From positions 45,694,001-45,758,000 of the forward strand of contig OZ024752.1 of the NCBI GenBank assembly GCA_964016885.1: 64,000 nt of DNA. The letters are read 5' to 3'. The DNA is from Eledone cirrhosa. Its lineage: Eukaryota. Shown in pieces: positions 58,043 through 64,000 of this stretch. Position 1 is the first letter of the stretch. Each line of letters opens with the position of its first letter. Position numbers and translations under genes: made by a program. The notes under the pieces are model-generated. The model had not been told where the DNA came from and did not search any database. It saw nothing but the letters and a program-made list of their open reading frames with translations.

Positions 58043-59434
58043 TTGAAAATAATAATGGTGAAAGAAATACCGTATCCATGACAACGCCAAAATTCTATAA
58101 TTTTGTCTGGCATCTTGTAGATATTATAAAATTCATTTTATAATAAAACAATAAAACTCATTTATTTTGACATGCTTTTCAGAGTGTTCAATATCCGAAA
58201 CATATATCAGTAAAGGTTTCTGATTTCAATAATCTATCAATCAATCTGTATTTTTTTTATTGTAAATCAGTGAGGTGAAATGATAATATCGATTACCTGG
58301 TTTATAGCAAGCCTCATTTATAACAAGACATTTTCATTAATTAATTGCGGAAGATTCACCCAAAATGTTCGCTTATGAAGAACATCCTCCATTTTAAGCT
58401 TAACATCTCCGTAACGTTTCTGACATATGAAGACATCGATTAACCTCCGTCAGTTTCGACGATGAATCTTCTAGTTGTTCGTCGATTAACTGAACAGCCA
58501 GCTCGTGTAATTAACGTGTAAGTGACTGAGCATTAGCAAGATATGTCTACATGTATGTATGTCGAGATGTACTACATGCGTGTTCTCACGTAAAATGGCG
58601 AAATGAAACGGATGAACGCAGAGAGACAAGTTTGTAGATTAGATAGTTTAGTGAGTAAATAAAAGGACTGTCAGATAAGAAAGTAAATAAACAAATATGG
58701 CTTCCATAGTTGAGAGTTTCGTTACAAAACAGTCATGTCTGTATCGAGTTACAGACAATCCTTTGTAGAGAAATCAAACACAATTATAAACTGCTTTTTC
58801 AAATCACTGAGCAAATAACTGTTAAAAAGAGAGTTGGTAATAGTAGAAGACTTAAAAGTGGAGGGAGAAATAGAGAGAAATACAGAAGAGAAGAAATTGA
58901 GGGCGGGAGAAAGGGAGAAGTTATAATGAGTTATATAAAGAAGACGGAAGTATGTGAAGGAAGGCACAGAAGAAAAGAAGGGGGGGGGGGGTGAACTGTG
59001 AAAAAATTTAAGAGAAAAATAATAATAATAATAATAATAATAAAGATACATGTGTGTGTTATGTATGTTCTTTCTTGAACATGGCGGACCTTGTTGTCTC
59101 TTGAGGTCACTGGTTGTGACTTGGTGATAACTCGTATGAACATAAAGCAAGATAAATGCAACTATAATAATAATAATATTAATAATAATAATAATAAATA
59201 GAGCAGCAAAAGAAAATGAAGGCGAAGCCATCGAAGGTCATAAAACGATGAGAAAAGAAATATAAAGCATATACATATATACACACACATATACACACAC
59301 ACATATATACACAAAATATACATATATATATATATACACACACATAAAATATACATGCAAACACATTATATATATATGCTCATTTCGAATTTTGTTTATC
59401 GTGAACTCGTGCGCCGATTTTTCGATACTCGATC

Positions 59435-59506
<72 letters not shown>

Positions 59507-59604
59507 GTGTGTGTGCGTGTGTGTGTGTATATACATATGTGATGGTTGCGCCCTCGTTGTTGAGTATGGCCATTGCACGATAGACTTACGGTCCCTTGCA
59601 GTCC

Positions 59605-59722
59605 TAGTTCAAATTCCGCCGAGGTTAACTTTGCCTTTCAACCTTACGGGGTAGATATAATAAAGTACCAGTAATGTACTAGGATAATTGCTGGCCTTGT
59701 GCCAAAAGTAGAAACAATTATT
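59605..59722 (+). mobile_element. SINE family 1, 5'-truncated
   Basis: GTTCAAATTCCGCCGAGGTTAACTTTGCCTTTCA...GCCTTGTGCCAAAAGTAGAAAC. Confidence 0.85.
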
Positions 59723-60057
59723 AATAATTATCAATTAATGTATATCGTGCAATGCCTTTACGTGAACAATTTTTTTTAAAGTGAGGAATGACTGTGCACT
59801 GAGCCAATCCCACTCTCTGAGCGACAGTAGCTATAACCTGAAAAGAAGAAAGGATCAGCATCATCAGTAACTACTGAGCCGCAGGTTTTATGTCGGAGTT
59901 ATCCCAGTTTCCTGAGTTTTCTTCTCCTAGAAGAATTCCTGCGTAGTCAGTTTGATGATCATGTGACTTCACAGGATCTAATCAGATCCTCTGTAACATA
60001 AGAATATGTGTTCTGTTATTAATTCTGGCAATGTTACACAAATATGACACTCCCAAG

Positions 60058-60130
<73 letters not shown>

Positions 60131-60164
60131 TATATAAATAAATATATATATATATACATATGAA

Positions 60165-60331
60165 ATAAAGGTTAAGACAGAGGTTATATAATCGTATTTA
60201 ATAAATATACGTATTTCTACGACACCAATATATATATATATATATATGATCGTACATTAGCTCCATAGTGGTGTCATAGGAATACGTATATTTAATAAAT
60301 ACGATTATCTAACTTCTGTGTTAACCTTTAT
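60165..60331. mobile_element. Fold-back element (family K), ~63-bp inverted arms, with 3' half of a hammerhead-like motif
   Basis: 60165-60227 mirrors 60269-60331; minus strand GAAA-T ACGT A-TA. Confidence 0.65.
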
Positions 60332-60353
60332 ATATATATATATATGATTTTAT

Positions 60354-60444
<91 letters not shown>

Positions 60445-60753
60445 GTGCCATCACAACGTCTTGACAATGATTTCATAAAGTTAATAATAAATAATATAAA
60501 ATTGTCGGCTAAGCTTTCAGATTTTATAAAGAATTTCACAGTTGGTTGAACTGGCAATAATGTAGTTGGGATAGGTAACTACTGAATAATGTAGGATATT
60601 TAGGGTTGGATATGATAGGGGTGGGGATTGGGGGGTGGGAAGTGGTGTGGGGGAGATGGGGGGGGGGTAGGCAGAGGTGGTGGCTCTTGTTAGAGATGGA
60701 GGTGGTGTTAGTGGTGCGGTTGGTGTTAGCTTCATTCAAAGGAAATCATCTGG

Positions 60754-60802
60754 CTTTCCTGATGATTTCCTTTGAATGAAACAGTTCTAGCCCTGTAGAA
60801 GG
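60754..60802 (+). ncRNA. Type I hammerhead motif (family A) with 20-bp upstream fold-back (60731-60750)
   Basis: CTTTC-CTGATGA-TTTC CTTT GAAT-GAAACAG TTCTAGCC CTGT-A-GAAGG; helix I differs in sequence from other copies but still pairs. Confidence 0.8.
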
Positions 60803-60817
60803 CATTTCTATATAAAA

Positions 60818-60882
<65 letters not shown>

Positions 60883-60921
60883 TATACACATATATTTGTG
60901 TATACGCCGTATGTATATATG

Positions 60922-60973
<52 letters not shown>

Positions 60974-60977
<4 letters not shown>

Positions 60978-61164
60978 AACGAGTAGGACCCCGACGGCTG
61001 AGCTCAAGCCGTTTCGACGGCTAATTCTGTCCAGAATTAGCCGTCGAAACGGCTTGAACTCAGCCGTCGGGGTCCTACTCGTTCCTATTACCCACTCTAC
61101 TAACCTAAGTATTGAGTACTTTGGTGCGTTATGGTCCATCTGGTTCCTTACCACATTTCCTTAG

Positions 61165-61166
<2 letters not shown>
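60974..61166 (+). mobile_element. Family F fold-back mini-element in (TA)n
   Basis: Near-perfect palindrome 60974-61087 centred on AATTCTGTCCAGAATT plus AAGTATTGAGTACT tail. Confidence 0.85.
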
Positions 61167-61207
<41 letters not shown>

Positions 61208-61351
61208 GATATAAGTAAATTAATAGATATATAAATAAGAAGCAAAAAGATTAAAACTAAAATAAAAATAGTATAAAAACAACAGACTCAGATTGATTAG
61301 CTTCCCTCGTATCAGTTCACTGTTCCATATCTTAATAGCATGCTGGTTAGT

Positions 61352-61424
<73 letters not shown>

Positions 61425-61443
<19 letters not shown>

Positions 61444-61525
61444 ATGTATATATATATACAAACATACATACACACTCATATATAACTACACATACATACA
61501 CACGCATATACATATACATACATAC

Positions 61526-61586
<61 letters not shown>

Positions 61587-61719
61587 TATACATATATATA
61601 TATATATACACACACATATACACACGCATATATATACATATATATACACGTACATATATATATATATATATACACATATATACATATATATATATCCCCC
61701 ACACACTCATATATGTTTG

Positions 61720-61758
<39 letters not shown>

Positions 61759-61844
61759 ATGTATATATATATACAAACATACATACACACTCATATATAA
61801 CTACACATACATACACACGCATATACATATACATACATACGTGC

Positions 61845-61879
<35 letters not shown>

Positions 61880-62010
61880 CAGATATACATATAAATATAT
61901 ATACACACACATATACACACGCATATATATACATATATATACACGTACATATATATATATATATATACATATATACATATATATATATCCCCCACACACT
62001 CATATATGTT

Positions 62011-62055
<45 letters not shown>

Positions 62056-62137
62056 ATGTATATATATATACAAACATACATACACACTCATATATAACTA
62101 CACATACATACACACGCATATACATATACATACATAC

Positions 62138-62214
<77 letters not shown>

Positions 62215-62345
62215 TATACATATAAATATATATACACACACATATACACACGCATATATATACATATATATACACGTACATATATATATATATATATATA
62301 CACATATATACATATATATATATCCCCCACACACTCATATATGTT

Positions 62346-62404
<59 letters not shown>

Positions 62405-62486
62405 ATGTATATATATATACAAACATACATACACACTCATATATAACTACACATACATACACACGCATATACATATACATACATAC

Positions 62487-62521
<35 letters not shown>

Positions 62522-62652
62522 TATACATATATATATATATACACACACATATACACACGCATATATATACATATATATACACGTACATATATATATATAT
62601 ATATATACATATATACATATATATATATCCCCCACACACTCATATATGTTTG

Positions 62653-62691
<39 letters not shown>

Positions 62692-62773
62692 ATGTATATA
62701 TATATACAAACATACATACACACTCATATATAACTACACATACATACACACGCATATACATATACATACATAC

Positions 62774-62824
<51 letters not shown>

Positions 62825-63072
62825 TATACATATAAATATATATACACACACATATACACACGCATATATATACATATATATACACGTACATATATATATA
62901 TATATATATACACATATATACATATATATATATCCCCCACACACTCATATATGTTTGTATATATATATATATATATATGTGTATGTGTGTATGTATATAT
63001 ATATACAAACATACATACACACTCATATATAACTACACATACATACACACGCATATACATATACATACATAC

Positions 63073-63121
<49 letters not shown>

Positions 63122-63285
63122 TATACATATATATATATATATACACACACATATACACACGCATATATATACATATATATACACGTACATATATATATAT
63201 ATATATATACACATATATACATATATATATATCCCCCCCCACGCTCAGATATGTTTGTATATATATATATATATATATATATATG
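61425..63285. repeat. ~300-bp higher-order tandem repeat (6 copies) built from microsatellite mosaics
   Basis: Anchor CAAACATACATACACACTCATATATAACTAC at 61459, 61774, 62071, 62420, 62707, 63006. Confidence 0.9.
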
Positions 63286-63779
63286 ATATATATGTGTGTG
63301 TGTGTGTCTGTATGTATATGTATGCACGTGTGTGTGTGTGTCTGATTGAGTGTGTATATGTGTACACGTGTGTGCGATTTATGTGTTATTATATGAGTGT
63401 ATATGTGAGTCCTGGTTCTAATGATTAATCTTACAACAAGAAATGATATCACCAGAATATAAATACATATATATCTATATACATATCTATATGTATGTAT
63501 ATAGATATGTATATAGATATGTATGTATAAATACATACATATCTATATGGTGGCTGCCAACTCGTTTTCGAGTACGGCCACTACTTTATATCCATGTAGG
63601 AGAACCCCTACTGATGCGCTGAACGAGTGTGACTTTTTAGTCCAGCCAGCGACTTGAAAGCTCTGGTACAAACACTACACCTGTGACAATTATTGACACA
63701 TAGTGCTGGGCCCATGGTACCATGTGACGACAAATGCAGAGAGATCTCCAGATATAAAGCAATGCCTGTGCCGTGAAGC

Positions 63780-64000
63780 TTTTATAGTGAGCAAAGGCAC
63801 TGCACAAAGCCAGTCCCACTCTCTTAACCAAGATGATATTTACCAAAAAGAAGAACAAGTCAACATCATTGGATACCATCAGGGTTGCAGGTGTTATATC
63901 AGAGTTTTCCTTCTCCTAGAATTCTGCCTTGACAAAGGCTAAGGGGTCATCTCTCCCGGTGATTTTGGATGGCCATTGACTCTTAAGAGCTCCTTTGCCT
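63780..64000 (-). mobile_element. Old dispersed repeat, possibly an RTE-type 5' UTR; related to 59790-59940
   Basis: Shared AGCCA(A/G)TCCCACTCTCT and GAGTTTT(C)CTTCTCCTAGAA blocks. Confidence 0.4.

Overview
AT-rich, repeat-saturated animal genomic DNA. The microsatellite load and SINE types suggest a coleoid cephalopod such as Octopus (inference). No protein-coding exon can be supported: the ORF track is almost entirely microsatellite translation. Contents: (TA)n/(CA)n/(GA)n and triplet microsatellites; many copies of two tRNA-headed SINE families; RTE-LINE 3' fragments; a Tc1/mariner-type MITE; and several minisatellites born from TE pieces. The main signal is about 25 short (60-400 bp) elements from at least 7 sequence families, almost all embedded in or abutting (TA)n tracts. 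Many carry a type I hammerhead ribozyme fold (helix I-CUGANGA-helix II-GAAA-helix III-UH), usually with a palindromic loop III, and most are folded back into inverted repeats that break inside the ribozyme. This fits Penelope-like pseudo-LTR/tail remnants or retrozyme-like non-autonomous elements that target (TA)n. All folds were read by eye; none was computed or tested.
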